Positions 25,033 through 38,849 of a stretch of 64,000 nt of DNA are shown in pieces. The position numbers and the translations under genes were made by a program. The notes under the pieces are model-generated. The model was not told the DNA's origin, made no database searches, and saw only the letters and a program-made list of their open reading frames with translations. Source of the DNA: Penicillus capitatus (Eukaryota; Plantae; Chlorophyta); contig OZ287704.1 of the NCBI GenBank assembly GCA_965649825.1, forward strand, positions 48,001 through 112,000, given 5' to 3'. Each line of letters starts with the position of its first letter. Within the stretch, counting starts at the first letter, position 1.

Positions 25033-26111
25033 TGTTTCGAACAAATTTTCTCTTAGGCGCAACTAAAATCCTCAGCGCAGAGCACAATGACGAAAGCTTT
25101 TGCCTTCAGGACTGTTCACATTTGCGTTTCATACAGAGAACAAATCTCTTCCTCCTATCTCCCGTTCTGCATGGGCGTGCACCCGTCATCGAAATACGGG
25201 TGCACCTGCTTTTTGATACATTGCTGTTGGCGTCCATACTCTACCACTAGTGGCGATCGGCATTATATTCATTAGGGTACCAATGAAGTTTGTTCTAAAC
25301 CTTCCACTGCACTTTCCGTTCTTTGACTGCTTAGAGAACTCTATTCCTTACAGTACAGCATATAATATCCTCGCCTGCGACACTGTGCGTTCTTCTAAGA
25401 CAACTTTTTTCGATGATTGCCTTCGCTGGCGCATCCAAAAAAGCAACGCGGTGCTTCCGCGTGAGAAAGGCAACGGACAGTAGATACCTGCCGAAAGAAA
25501 AGACATCGCGAAGTTCTGCAGTAGCGGCATACAGCGTTATCCCAAAGGTCAAGGTCGTCGAAGTCGAGTCTTCCAGTTGTCGTGTAACGATACCATAGCC
25601 GCCTAACAACTCGTTTGCGTCAACGGCACAGGCGAACACATTTCGCAAAAATGAGCAGTATGAACAGAGATGTAGATGTCTCAGAATAAAAACAGAAATA
25701 CGAGCGAAATATGTTCGAGCTACAATCCTTTCTTGCTTGAATCTCTTCTGACTCAGAGCTGCAAGTCGTCGACTGTCTGTATCGTCTTCCTGAAGCATGA
25801 CGAGAGTTTCTCACATTCGATTGCGTGCATCGTAGAAGCTGTTCGAAGCTCATGCACGTCCCATCACACGAATACAATGACCAGTTCTTCCACTACTCTG
25901 AGTTATCTGGGCATCGAAACCGGTTCCCTCTTAAAGGAACCATGTTCTACGCTAGGGGATGTGCTGCTAACTCGACACCAATACTTCACTGCGCGAGAAC
26001 AATCGCGCCGACTTCCTTCCGCTTTCCTCGTCTTCGTCACCCAAGACATCCATCTCGTAACTCCATAACATTATAAATGTGTCCTGCGTTCGATCTGCGA
26101 AAAGTCTAAAA

Positions 26112-29100
26112 ATGCGAAACACCTCTCTCCGTCTTCGCTTTTTCCTCTTCTCCTTTACATGTGTCGCGTGCGTCGCGCTCAATGAAGGTGACGTGTTGCT
26201 ATCGCCACGGAATCTGCCGTCGCCCGAGAGAAACCGCGCCAAGGCCCATGGCGAATGGCACCGTTCTCTGCACCAGTTTGCGCCAGAAGGGCCCGTGGTC
26301 GTGACTCGGACGTTTTCGGAGCTCCAGCGAAGCTTTGACTCTTTGGTAGAAAACAGTATCGTCGTCATTGACGCCAAGGAGCCGCTGAAACTGGAAGAGA
26401 CGTTAATTGTCGACCTTCCGGGCATTACTCTCCGCGGGAGTTCCGGTCAGTCGACGACACTCATCTGTCCCTCCGTCTCAAAACCTGCTCTTATCATAAG
26501 GTGTCCATTCAATTATTCATCTGAATGATGTGACATTTGAGTGTGTAGAGGGGCGAGGACGCAGGTGGAGTCTTTGAACTTCATGCGATGCGTCAATACT
26601 TCGGTCATCATTGTCGAACCGCTAGAAGATATGACGTCCACCTCTTCTGGGGTTTCGTTTATAAATTTGGGGTTTTCTGATAACCGGAATCTGGGAGGGG
26701 GAGGCGCTCTGCGGGCCGTCTTGCGTACTGGAAATTTGTTTTGTCCCTCATGGTGGATCAACATCGAGAACTGTACATTTTCACAAAACCGAGCGAAGAA
26801 AGGAGCAGCAATATACGCCGAGAATGTCCACCTTGACATTAGGAACTCAGAATTTACTGAGAATCACGCAGATCATTCGGGAGGTGCCATATCATTTGAA
26901 TCTAAATGCCGAGATCCGAATTCCTTGACGATCAAGAACTCCTCATTTGTTGACAACTGGGCCGTTTCTCGTCTTGCGATGGAGGAAGGGGACGATCATT
27001 CTGAATATCTGGCTGGACGGGGCGGTGCCATTTCGGCCATCAATCCCCGAAGCACAAGCTTTCGGGATGTCATATTTGTGAACAACACCAGCTGTGTTGG
27101 CGGCGGGGCGTTGTATGTTCGCATGATAGAGACGGCAGGGCAACGAAACACGACGGCTGAATTCCAAATCGAGAGATCTGTTTTTGAAGGGAACGGAGCT
27201 TATTGCATGGCAACTCCCAGAGCAGAGCTAAGAAACCCTCGTGATCAAAATCACTACGCTGGAGGTGCCTTCCTCTATCGCTCGACTGTCTATCTCCAAA
27301 TGTACTGGACTGTCCGAGACACAAGATTTACTCAGAATCGCGCCGTATACGGCGGAGCTTTGCAAGTGTCGGGCCAACATGAGACGCCGCTCAATTTGGT
27401 CAATTCTTTGTTAGAAGAAAATGGGGCGCTGCAGAGGGGCGGTGCCATTTGCATCCTTGGGGCTCAGCTTAGAATGCGAGGATCAACACTGCGTAGAAAC
27501 GCTGCACTGCTAGGAGGAGGCATCGCTGTCTGGGATGACGGTCGTCTCATGACGCGGCCTCATTTTTCAAACTACTCTTCGGTTTCGGTCATCGAAGAGA
27601 ATTCTGCTTACAATGGCGGAGGCATCGGAATCTTTGTGACAGGTCTTTTCCCAACAACACTTCTCATCCTTCTGCATTTCTGTGTCCTGCGTCAGACACG
27701 ATCGACTTTTCATCAAGCTCAATGGATCTGAGATCTTTGACTGTGAGGAATAATACGGCATTCCATTACGGTGGCGGCATCCGCGTCTTTGCCGTCTCGA
27801 CTGGGCTCTACTTTCGTGGGATTACTGTGGAGGGCAACAGAGCCATGGCTGGAGGAGGATTCGCATTCACTTCTGCCCCTGTTGCACATTTTGAATCGGC
27901 CGATGGGAAAGCGATGCGTATCGTCAACAACGTGGCGGCTGTCGGTGGTGGTCTGCTCTTCGAGATCGGGCACCTTGTGCCCGTCAATATCACAGTAAGC
28001 TGCTTGCTCCCGATGACGCCGATCGGTCTAAAGCAGAAACCGTAGAATAAGGAAGCCGAAATCTCTGGCAACAAAGTGCGCCACTCTTGGCATCCAGACA
28101 TCGTGGATCTCCGCAGAGCTGGCGAAAGCTATCTCCCCTTGCATGGTGCTCCGATACATAACGCCTTTGATTCCATAGATGGCTTCGATGCACGATTGGC
28201 TTTGGACATCAGAGTTGGATCTTTGGCCGGTCATGGCGGTGGCATCTGCATGTCATTTGTCGACATCCTACCCTTTACTCTGGTCGAAGTCTTCTTCCAG
28301 GACGTAGTGCTGCGGGATAACGAGGCAGTGGTAGGCGGAGGTGCTTCGTTGCATTTCACGGATCTCCTTTGGAGCAGAGGAGACATGAAGTACTGCATCT
28401 CTCGTATGATTGGCATCGAATTCTGTCAACGCATGTACTTCAACAATGTCACTATTCGAGACAACCAGGCAGACTACGCAGGCGGCCTCTTCATCTCGCA
28501 TCCAGACAGTGTCATTGTCACCTGCAACATGACAGACGTGCAGCTGAATTCCACCTTCGAAGCCGTCTACAACAGAAAGATCCAGGCACAGGAAGTGCTT
28601 GATCCGATGCTGGATCTTCAATGCCTCGTCATTGAGGACAACCGCATCTCTGTATGTCACTTACCTTGTCAAGACGTGTGTTTCGATGAGGATGGTGCGA
28701 TGCAGGATGGGGAGACTGTTGATGGAGCGGACGTTGGCACTTTGGCAAGGGCATTGGCAATCGATGGCCTAGAGGAAGGAACGGATCTGAGACGCGTGGC
28801 CAGTGGGGAGAAACTCTCTCTTCCGTGCGACGAGAAGGGAGAGAAAGCGTCATCCTGCCTCGAAGGATTCACAGTCTCCGTGTTGGATGCTTTCAATCAG
28901 ACCATTTCCAGAGGCATCGATGACGCGTCTCTGGAGCTGTCTTTGGAATCGCCAAACATCGGAGGTGCCATTCATTATGTGACAAAGCACGGTGTGGCTC
29001 GGATCGACGCGACGATGGCTCGAGGAATCGGCGTCGAGTCTTATGTGACCATCCTGAACGACCGAGAGCCTTCCATTCGGACGCAAGCGGTTTTCTCCAC

Positions 29101-31174
29101 AAGGCGGTGTTATCCTGGAGAGTTCGTAACGGGCGACAGCTGCCACTCGTGTCCGGCGGATGTCTACAGCTTCAATGCCTCGCTGGGACAGTGCCATCCC
29201 TGCGAGGCCCATGCCAGATGCAGGGGACAAGCATCGCTGGTGCCCGAAGTTGGCTACTGGCACTCGACGCCCTTCTCTCCCAAGTTCCACCGATGCATTG
29301 AAAAAGAGGCGTGTCGCTTTGATGACAGGGAAAAGAACCTGGATGCATTCTACCAGAACGAGGAAGAGCTTCAGAAGGATCTGGACAAGATGAATGCCTA
29401 TCTCGAAGGAAACGATTCTCTGCCAGAATTCCCAAACTACCAACAGTGTGCCGAAGGGTACGAAGGCGTGCTCTGTGGCTCGTGTCAGCAAGATCACGGA
29501 CATGGATTCTCAGGAACCTGCGTTTCCTGTCCATCCGAGAGGGGCAATGCAGGGATGCTGTTGGCGGCGGCCATCTTCTGGACTTTTGTCGTCATCGGCG
29601 TCAACTGTCTGGTCACTCTGATGTCGGCCAGGACAAGGATTCAGCTGGTCCGCCACGAAACACACAACCAGGACAACAATCGCGCCGGGACGTTGGAGCG
29701 AACGACGGCTCACATTCGAGAGAGCGTATCTGTCAGGATACTTCCATCCGGACCTTGCACACTGAGCCCTGCCAATTCGGGGTTCAGCGATGTCTTCTGT
29801 CACCAGGTCCTGACGCAGTATCTCGTCACCACTGTCCAGCTGACAGAAACACTCAAGATCCTCATCAACTACCTGCAGGTCACGAGCTCGGCCATGCGAC
29901 TCTCCGTCGATTGGAGTCGCGTCCTCAACAGTCTCCTCTCTGTCGAAGGTGCACCCCCTTGATTCCCCCTTCCTGATCTAATGCCTCTATGTGCAGCGGC
30001 TTTTGTGGGTGTGACCAGCGAGGCGCTGTCCATTCCTTTCGAATGCAACTTTCAGGGATCGACGACGCACTGGTTACCTTCGATCCTTGCCATATGGATG
30101 CGACTTCTCACCCCTTGCTTGGCGCTGACAGGGCTCATTCTCATCTACGTCCTCTTCTGGATCATTCGTCACTTGACACGCACCACCGAGTTAGAGTCAA
30201 CGAGCAATCTCCGAGCCAGCGACCTCATCACAGGCGTCATTGTCATCATCATCGTTGCGGTGCACTTCTCATACATCGACAACGTCCGCGAGATGCTGCG
30301 AATCGTTAACTGCATCCGAGTGGATGCGGATGATGCATCTCTGACATCGCATCCGTACGGACAGTACGCCATCGAAGAAGGTCGTACGGTCTGGGCAGAG
30401 GACACCGATCTCATCTGTTTTCAAGGAAAGCATCAAGTGACTGGAATCGCCGGTATCATCGGATTGGTGCTGGCACTGATGCTCATCATCTTCGCTGTTT
30501 TCTGGTTGCCAGCAAACAAGAAGAAATCCACCTCAACGCAGTTTGTCGCACGTTACTGGTTCATTTATCAGGCGTACAAAGACAAATGGTACGCGATTCC
30601 ATGGGAGGCAGTGATTCTGCTCCGCAAGGCACTCATCTCGGCCGTCATTGTCTTCTCCTTTCAGCTCGGGCCGAGTCTGCAGGCAGCACTGTGTGTAGGG
30701 ATTCTGATCGCGGCGCACATTCTCCAAGTCGTATGCCAGCCATTCAAGGTCCCAGAGAATCATGTCCACGTGCCAGAGTACGCAGGTCACTTCCTCAAGG
30801 CAATGCACATGCCGAACCTCGCTGCGCGCTTTGTCCGCTGGAACAACTCCCTGTCTCTGAACGACCTGGAATTCGCATCTCTCTTGTGTTCATTTTTTAT
30901 CTTCTATACGGCTGTCATCTTGACAGACATCGATGTTTCCGAAATCGTTGTCCAATTAATCGCCATTGTTGCCGTGGGCACAAATGTCCTTTTCTTACTC
31001 TACCTGTTGTACCGTCTGTACTACGGACTTCACATACTCTTGGATCTGAGGTTGGAAATGGATAATCCAACCTTTGTTGCAACACATGAAAACGATCCTG
31101 GGTGTTTCTATCTAATGCGTAAATTGTATCGAGTCTGCCGTGTCGTCATCCTGGCACATCTCCATGAGAGATAA
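26112..31174 (+). CDS. Beta-helix, Cys-rich, multipass membrane protein, paralog 3
   Basis: Signal peptide MRNTSLRLRFFLFSFTCVACVA; GGA repeats; GYWHSTPFSP; LINYLQVT; WAEDTDLIC; ARYWFIYQAY (ORFs 26079, 26541, 27722, 28076, 29981). Confidence 0.85.
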
Positions 31175-32789
31175 AGGGCAATCGAAGAGAAATGGGTTGA
31201 CGAACGAACAATGGGTGTAACTTTACAAACGAACTGTTATGACAGTTTGAGTCGGCACCTGAAAGAAGGGGCCAATGCTATTCGGTTCTTCTTGCCGTCT
31301 CCGTGTTGTGCGCAATGTCTCGGAAGGATAGTGATTTTTTCAGCAGCTCTATGTAAGGAGGCAGTGTGACGACAACACGAGAGAGGCGGCTGACATCATG
31401 TGCCAATCATCGTCAGGGATGACCGATCGGGAGAATGGGGCAAGAGAACTAAAGCTGTCGAGCAAAGCTCTTTCGCACATTACGACACACCCAAATGGTA
31501 TGGCGTGTCTGAGTCAGGCTTTCCTGTGAATCTGCAAGCAAAGGTGTAGGCCTAGCGTCACGTCGTTCGTTCATGCGATGGGTATCAGAACGAGAGATCG
31601 CCGTTGAAATACAGCACCCCGTATTAAACGCTTCTCGATCTGGTGTTCAGATGACACGTGCTATCTCTACTACACGCGTAAGCAGTGTTCAGTATGGGTT
31701 TAGTTAAAATCTGTCATCGAACGGCATCAGGATTCCTTAGTGTCGGAGACCATTTAGCTCTTATTTCCTGCTTCCATGCGTAAGGACATCTGTTAAGCGC
31801 TGCAGATTTGGAGATTGACAATTCCTGTGGATCCTCGCCGCCACACAAACCGCCTCCAGGCCTTATGCCGTTGACGTCGTCTGTGATTTTTGATTCCTTC
31901 TCTGCAATCGTCGACACGGTATGCCGCTTGCTTCTGAGGCTAGTCTGTCGCTTGAATGTCTTGCCTGGTCTCCCATCGTGCGTGAACAAGACGTTGCACG
32001 ATAGTCGATGCAAACAGTAGCGATTGAGTCATGTTTATCAACGCTGGGAGATCTCATTTTCACACAACCGCTCCCCTCACCGTTGGCATAGGCCCGCTCG
32101 TCGTCTCTTCTGTTCTTTCAGATACTCGATTTGACAGAGAAGCGGACAGAGAGAAAAGCATTTGGCTATGGACACTACATCGTATCCCACGACGACAGAG
32201 TGTGCGACACACAGCACGTCGTTGTCGTTCGACACGGCACCAATCTCGCAGAGAACTCAAGTGGCGTCGACGGCAAGTTCATGCAGCGCTGCAACGAAAC
32301 GTCATGTCACTCTTTCTGCGTCACTCCTTTGATGATTACCGTCGTCGATGGACGCCATCGATGCTGAAGAGTAAGACGCCGTCACTCTGTGTCCCTCTGT
32401 CAGATGATTGCACACTAAACTAAAACTTAGCAATCTAAAAGATGGACAAAGACATCAATGCTTGGCATCGATGGCGGCCGAAACTGTCATTTCAATATCA
32501 AGTTGTAATGTTCGAGACGTCAGACAAGGAAACAAACTCGAGATATTTTATTATCAAATATTGCTTTAAAACTTCTGAAGATGGACACGACTTGAAGAAT
32601 CGACGCGCCTTCTCCATCGACAGAATACGACAGTCCGGAGAGTCGACGGCTTGGAAATTGTCTCGTCGACATCGGAAGCCGTCATCAAGAAAGACGATGC
32701 TCTGCCGAGATGACGGTTCTGAAATCAAATAGGCGCGTTTCATTTACGTCAGGCATGCGGTTCATCTTCCGTATGCATCTACTTATCCA

Positions 32790-34682
32790 ATGCCAATGGC
32801 CCCGACGCTTGAACATCTCGTCGAAAGCTCCACGGCTGTCTGTCTCCGCGGCTCCCCGGTGACGGAACACCAAGCTCAGCAATACCTCTCGGACTTCTCC
32901 CTCGACTTTATCTTCACGTGACCAACTCCTTTCCATCCCTCAATCGATGTCTCGTTTCGCAGAGCCTTCCAGACGTGGACTCTCGATTCTTCCGAACTTC
33001 AAACGGTCACCCGTGCCCTGAGTATCGTGTTTGGGGCCGTAGATGTCGCATCCCTGCTTCCAAAGCTCTTGCAGTATGCGATTCTCGCCCTCGAAGCTGA
33101 CCAGGAAGACATCAAGCTCCTCGGCCTCGAGCAACTGCGACGGATCAGTCAACTGGACGACGTGGATGTTCAGTTTTCATCAGTCCAGGCCCTTTTCTCC
33201 GCGCTGCAGGTCACACTTTTATTCTCATACTGTCAGGTGTGACTGTTTGCAAGGGCAGCAAGAGAGCACGAGCGTCGGCATTGCCGCTTCGAGGGCCCTT
33301 CTCGCATACTTTGGAAAGCACTCCAAATGGAAGGCTCTCTCGGACCTGCATTCCTCCTCCCTGTCGGGACTGCTGGCACATCCCAATGCCGTGATTCAGA
33401 TGCGCGCTCTGGACTTCTGTCTGCAGATCAGTCTATCGTCCGGCGATGCTCGTCGCCTTCTGCACTCTGCGGGCAATTCTCTCGTCGGCCCGAGGTGCTT
33501 GTGATCTGTTTGTCATGGCAGGATTCGTGGACGCAGGAATGGGTCCCCTGTTGGCCTTCGATGACCCCTTAGGGTGCTTGGCTTGTTGGGATCTCTTTGC
33601 GGAGATTTTCTTCAAGGCGATCCGAGAAGGAGACGCCGAGTGCATATCAATCCTTCAGGAATGGCTGGAACCGAAGATGGAACATGTGCTTCAGTCTTTT
33701 ACGTCGATGGACCGCACGCTGCAGTCGGGTATCTTGAAAGTTGTCGCGTCCATCGCGGGACAGATGTCGACAGCAGGTTCGCCAAAGATGCATTTTTGGA
33801 AGAGATCTCACGGCGAGGTATTTAGGCGACAAAGCACACCAACATTTCTCTGCTGTGGTTTCGCTCTTGCAAGAGACTCTGGAACAAAATTTTGCCGATC
33901 CTGAAGTGGGACAGACCTTTCTAACCCTGTGGGTGTCAGCTCCTCATTGTAGTGGCTGGATATCGTCGTCGATTGCATGGGGCAGTTAGGAAGAAGAGTC
34001 ACCGGCGCCGAAGAGCTCATCCTGAACGACTCGGTGTTTCCGTTTTTAGTGAAACACGCTTTCAACGGAGATTCGCCGCCGCCGTTTCGTATCACTGCCA
34101 TGCAATCTATCGAAACGATTTCGAGCAGTTCCGGGTCCGACTTGCTCACTCCACAAGTGATTTATGGACGTGGACAGAACATGAAGACGCATCTGTGATT
34201 GGCAGGTGGAGGAGCGATTGAAGGAGGTAGTGGTAGGAGTGCACGGCGAAGTGGAGAATCTGGTCGACTGTCTGTGGAACGATCTGTCCAACGGAGTGAT
34301 GGAGCTCCGAGCCTCCGTCTACGGATTGATTTCGTCACTCTCGAACCGCATCTGGTTTGCGGAGGAGATTTGCAAACACGAATCGCTTTTCGGCCGTCTT
34401 ATCGATACGAAAAGCGAAGTTCACGCAGAACTCTCGAAGTGCAGGTATGCTGTCGATGATCCGGCCGACAGTCGGCATTTGACGCACAGGTACGGCTGCG
34501 TGGTGTCCCTGGCGGCGACAGCCAGGTCAGTGGCTGAGCGACAGACGCCGGGAATCGTCAGTCAATGGGACAGTTTGCGTCTAAAGGAAGAGACTCTGCA
34601 CAACGCAGTGGAGCAGGGGCCTTTTGGTCGGGGGGTCGGTGCTCCGACGAGTGTACCTATCGTCGGTACCGAGCTTCGATAG
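32790..34682 (+). CDS. PSMD5: 26S proteasome assembly chaperone S5b/Hsm3 (PSMD5 family), multi-exon
   Basis: HEAT/ARM-like helical ORF pieces; ELRASVYGLISSLSNRIWFAEEIC and C-terminal AVEQGPF..PIVGTELR resemble plant PSMD5. Confidence 0.7.
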
Positions 34683-35429
34683 ATGTATTACTTCAAAACC
34701 GACTTTTGTTGGCCCAAGCTCTCTTTCTTGTTGTTCTGTGTCCCTGCTTGATGACTCTACAGGTAGACTTGACGTAAACAGTAAACACGTTTGTTCACGC
34801 GATGCAAACAGATACGGCTGTCGCAGATCTGGCTCCTCTCGAAGACCGCGTGTGCACATCCAATCATGTTAAAGATTTCATTTATGCCGTGCAGACTTGA
34901 AAGATACACCAAAACCTGGTCGAACAATACATTCAACGTCTGGAGTCCGAATATTAACTGATAGCCAATCGTTATCATCAGCACATCATTTGTTTGGTCT
35001 TTCAATGTTCCGTTGGCGCTTCTGTCCTTTGACAGCCTCTTAAAGTTACCAAGTGGACGGCCTCTGATCCCACATCTGCGCATCTGTTGCCAGGCAATCA
35101 ATTCTCTTGATGCGTCCGATGGAGGGACAAAGGGCGCGAGACTGGCATTTGCTGCCTCCTGTCGACAGCTTTCGTTGATTTGTCGTTTGATGCGACGGCT
35201 TCAGTACAGACGCACGCACCTAAATGCCGGAGACACATCGTCGCATTGTCATGCTCATCGGCCTCAGCCGCGAGGGTCTTACCCCCCACTCTTAAATAAC
35301 CTCCATCGCTAACTGTTTTTGTCTAGCTCGCTCCGCGGTTGCAGAGAAGCTCCGCTCCCTCGGCTGGGCCGTCGTGCAAGTACACCCTTCCCGGATAACA
35401 ACTAAAGGAGCTTACGTGACGCGCAGGGA

Positions 35430-36774
35430 CGCTCGAGCAATCCTCTAGTCGCTGAAGAATTTGTCAATTTGGTCCTGTCTGGACGTGAAGTCGTGCTGGA
35501 CGAGTATTTGATGCATCCCATGACATTCGTCGAACTCACGTGCTGTTTCTAGACAGAATACTCAACGGACAGAACGGCGACAATGGTTTCAGTGCATCGA
35601 AGAGTATGTGAAGAACAGACTTCTGAAGTAAGGGGCGAGACGGTGGGCACGGTGGTCGATTCCTCTGTCCAGATGGCCATTGTATTGGATCGGTTTGATG
35701 ACAGAAGGATCCTCGCGGAACGAAGAGGGCGTCCAGCTGGAGCAAGACGCTTGGCGTGTTGCCGCCCCCAAACGCAAGGAAGGCTTCAGCAGCGTTCTGT
35801 TTCTCTCGGACCTGCCCTGCGATCCTTCGCTCTACTTTTCGTCCTCCGCTGCCCCTCGATGTCGACACCCACCGGCGAATGGCACTCTCCCTCAGCAGGA
35901 CCGTTTCCAGTTAAGCTTGCGAAGCATTCGGATACAAGGAGGCGAAACCCGTGTGTCTGTCTCGGCAGATGGGATGCAAGCCTTCGACGCCGCCATCTCG
36001 CGGACGGAGATGTGGTTTTGCTCTTCGACCTCAACGGCACGCTCACCAGTCATACAGCTCAGAGGAGATCGTCCGGGAGGAACAGACTCAGACCGGGGAC
36101 AGAAGATCTCATGAAACTCAAGGTGCGGGACCTCCTCCCTCTTCTCGCGTGCACATCACACCAGCGACGTTTCCCTCCAGGAACGTTTTCGGCTTGGGAT
36201 ATTCAGCTCGTCGACGCCCCGCACCGTGGATACAGTCTTGTCCATGTTCCGAGCGCACCTAGGTGAACATCTCTTCGATCCGGAGCTCATTTTCTGCAGA
36301 GACCACACGCGACCCGTCAGCAGAAGTTCGTCCCATCGCACACGACGATAACGGGACAGACGTGTCTTCGTGGCACCAGGTCTTCAGCGGCACTACGGTC
36401 TGAAACCGTGGGACACTGTTAAGCCGCTCGGACATCTCTTCAGCGACATCCACCGAGTGGTGCTCTTTGACGACGATCACTGGAAGGCGGTGAGAGGAGA
36501 GGAGGCAAACATGGTCATTGTGCCCTGCTGGGAATCGGAGGATGCACAGGACTCCGTTCTCCGAAACCTCGTGCGCCATGTCTTGGATCAGTTGGGCGAC
36601 GTCTCGTCAGATGAAGATCTACGCGGCAGGACGAAGCACCTCACGGACGCCTTGCAGCCATCCGTACCCCTGCAAGGGAACAACAACATCGCTCCGTTCC
36701 CTCAAAAGACCTTTCCGCGGCACAGATCTGCTCAAAAGCCAAAGAGCGCGAAGAATGCGAAGAGAAGGTCTTGA
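35430..36774 (+). CDS. FCP1-homology (NIF/HAD) phosphatase-like protein; start uncertain
   Basis: LLFDLNGTLT, RLRPG, LIFCRDHT, KPLGHL..VVLFDDD..K..NMVIVPCW..D.VLR.L. Confidence 0.72.
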
Positions 36775-37596
36775 AGGCGGAGGGTTTCCAGAAGGGACTG
36801 ATCGTTAACAGAAAGAAACAGTTCAGTGGTTGCTTTTCATGTGCGGGTAGGCGTTCAACATTCTTTCCTGAGAGGTTTGTTCCTGAATTTCGAGCCCGGA
36901 TGATGTTATTCCGGAGACTTGGGCGTTTGATGGCTGTGCTCTGCTCTGAACACCGGCTTGTCCACTCTGACTTGAGTCGTTGTTAAAATGCGCGGCAATC
37001 TGCGGAGAATCCTGCTGCGATTCGACCAAAGCGAGACGACTGCGTCACCTTTCCAACGGTGGAGACGATTCCTCGAAGCCTTGAGGCAACTGAGTCGTCA
37101 CTGAGGCACGTTCCGATCGTCTGTCTCTGATTGCCCGCATCTAGTATCACACCGTGAGCAATGATCCTGCTCGAGAGTCGACGTGCTTGGCAGTCGGGAA
37201 GGGCCGATTTCGGAACAGGATGCTAGACCTGTCGTCGGGGACACATCACCGTCGGATTCTATGGTCAGCGCCGTCACTCTTCTTCTGCGCCAAATGTACA
37301 CCACATGAAAAAAGTGTGAGATGTATGGGGTCTGACTGGACAGGGATCATGCTGGGATGAGATCCTTGGACAACGAGGGACTCGACGAAGGTTTTCACGG
37401 CAGGCGGAATTCTGCGTCTTCCGTTCTCTCGTGCCATTTCTTCGTCTCTACACTCGCCAGGTTGATCTGTATGGCGCCACAAGCTCGCCTGGTGGCCTCA
37501 TCTGCCCCGGGTTCCACTTTCCTTTGAAATGCAGGAGGCGCCACCTCTACGAAACTGAAACGCCTCCGGTGCAGAGGAGACTGAGAGCGATGAACT

Positions 37597-38849
37597 AAGT
37601 GAATGGCTGCGGGATGTCTGTCAACAACGTTTGAGTTTGTCGTGCTTCTCACCACTGGCTCCGGCTTGCTGGCCGAGGAAGTGAAAGATCCGCAGTGCAT
37701 GAATGGTTCGCGGTGACGTTGTCGGCGAGAGACTTTCGCATTCATTCGACCAGTCTGCGTACTGCGTCACTTCTGCTGCCGAGTGAGCAACGCGTGGTAG
37801 CCAAAATGCGCTCGACAGGTAGAGTCTACAGGGCCACAGAAGAATGAGACAGAAAGGGACGAGTGTGGTCAAAAAAGCTAGTAAAGCAACGGTAGGCGGC
37901 CACTGTACGGAGACTGCTGTGCCGAGTAGCCAAAAGAACATCGAGCATGCGACAAAACCTTCGAGAAATGCAAACAGAGCTTTTCGGTCGATGTTGCACA
38001 AGGGACTGGGTGTTCGCCGCGCGGTTTCGCGTAACGTTGGACAGCATCCAGACGGAAACGAAAGCCGTTTTTACAGTCCTGTTTTTGGAACGCAAAAAAA
38101 ACGAAAGGGGGAGTCGACAAAAGTTTTTGTCCGGGTGGTGGTGACCCTATCGTCGACCCCCGAACTTGGCGCGACGTTGTCCTTTCCCCGCCGTAACCCA
38201 TCCAACTCGGCGCGGGCTCGCCAGACTCAACCGGGTCAACTCTGATGGGACACCCTCCTCTGAGTCCGGCGCAGGAATCGAACCCCCGCGGTCGTACTTC
38301 TCGAACTGGTCCAACTGCACCATCCGCATTCGGGTCGATCCCCACAGTCGAGAAGACGCTGTCGCCAATGAGTGCGCATCGGTGACGACTCTCCAGAGGC
38401 GTCCTTGACGACTTTGTCCGCCGATCGCGTGCATCTACGACGACTTCGCGGACGACTTTCTGACGACTTTGTCCGCCGACGACTGTGAGCGTATAACGAC
38501 TTTGCCAACCACTCTCTGGACGACCCGGCAGTAGTCACAAGCCTCGCATGGCGATCGCAGATACTTATTCTTAGTCGATTATCGGCGGCACCTGTCGTGT
38601 GGTATCCAATGCTAGGTTTAAGTAAGAAGTGAAACCAATGTCTGAATTCAGAAAGCGTCAAAAAGAGAGTCAGACTGCGAGTCGTGACAACGTTTGAGAA
38701 TCTCTCCGTACACTTGACCATTCGATTCGCATGCAGTCACCCCGGAGAGAGTTTGTGCAAAATTTGGTATTCTTTAAGGGTTCTCAAGGAGAGCACATTA
38801 TACTTCTGTTCGCAGTTACCCATACACACTCCTATAATCCGAAACGTGC
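37597..38849. repeat. Segmental duplication copy B
   Basis: Colinear with 23832-25032; similarity stops at gaaacgtgc where the retroelement-like sequence begins. Confidence 0.88.
38094..38390 (-). ncRNA. Candidate Pol III-type structured RNA, copy B
   Basis: A box 38311-38322, B box 38274-38284, T8 tract 38094-38101. Confidence 0.45.

Noticed and set aside
25000-25900. ORF 25331-25798 and neighbours
   Set aside because: Partly coding-like, but no start/splice model or family could be supported.
31200-32750. Short ORFs between paralog 3 and PSMD5
   Set aside because: No motifs or repeats recognised.
34690-35330. Minus-strand ORFs between PSMD5 and the phosphatase
   Set aside because: Possibly a small gene, but no consistent exon model or family.
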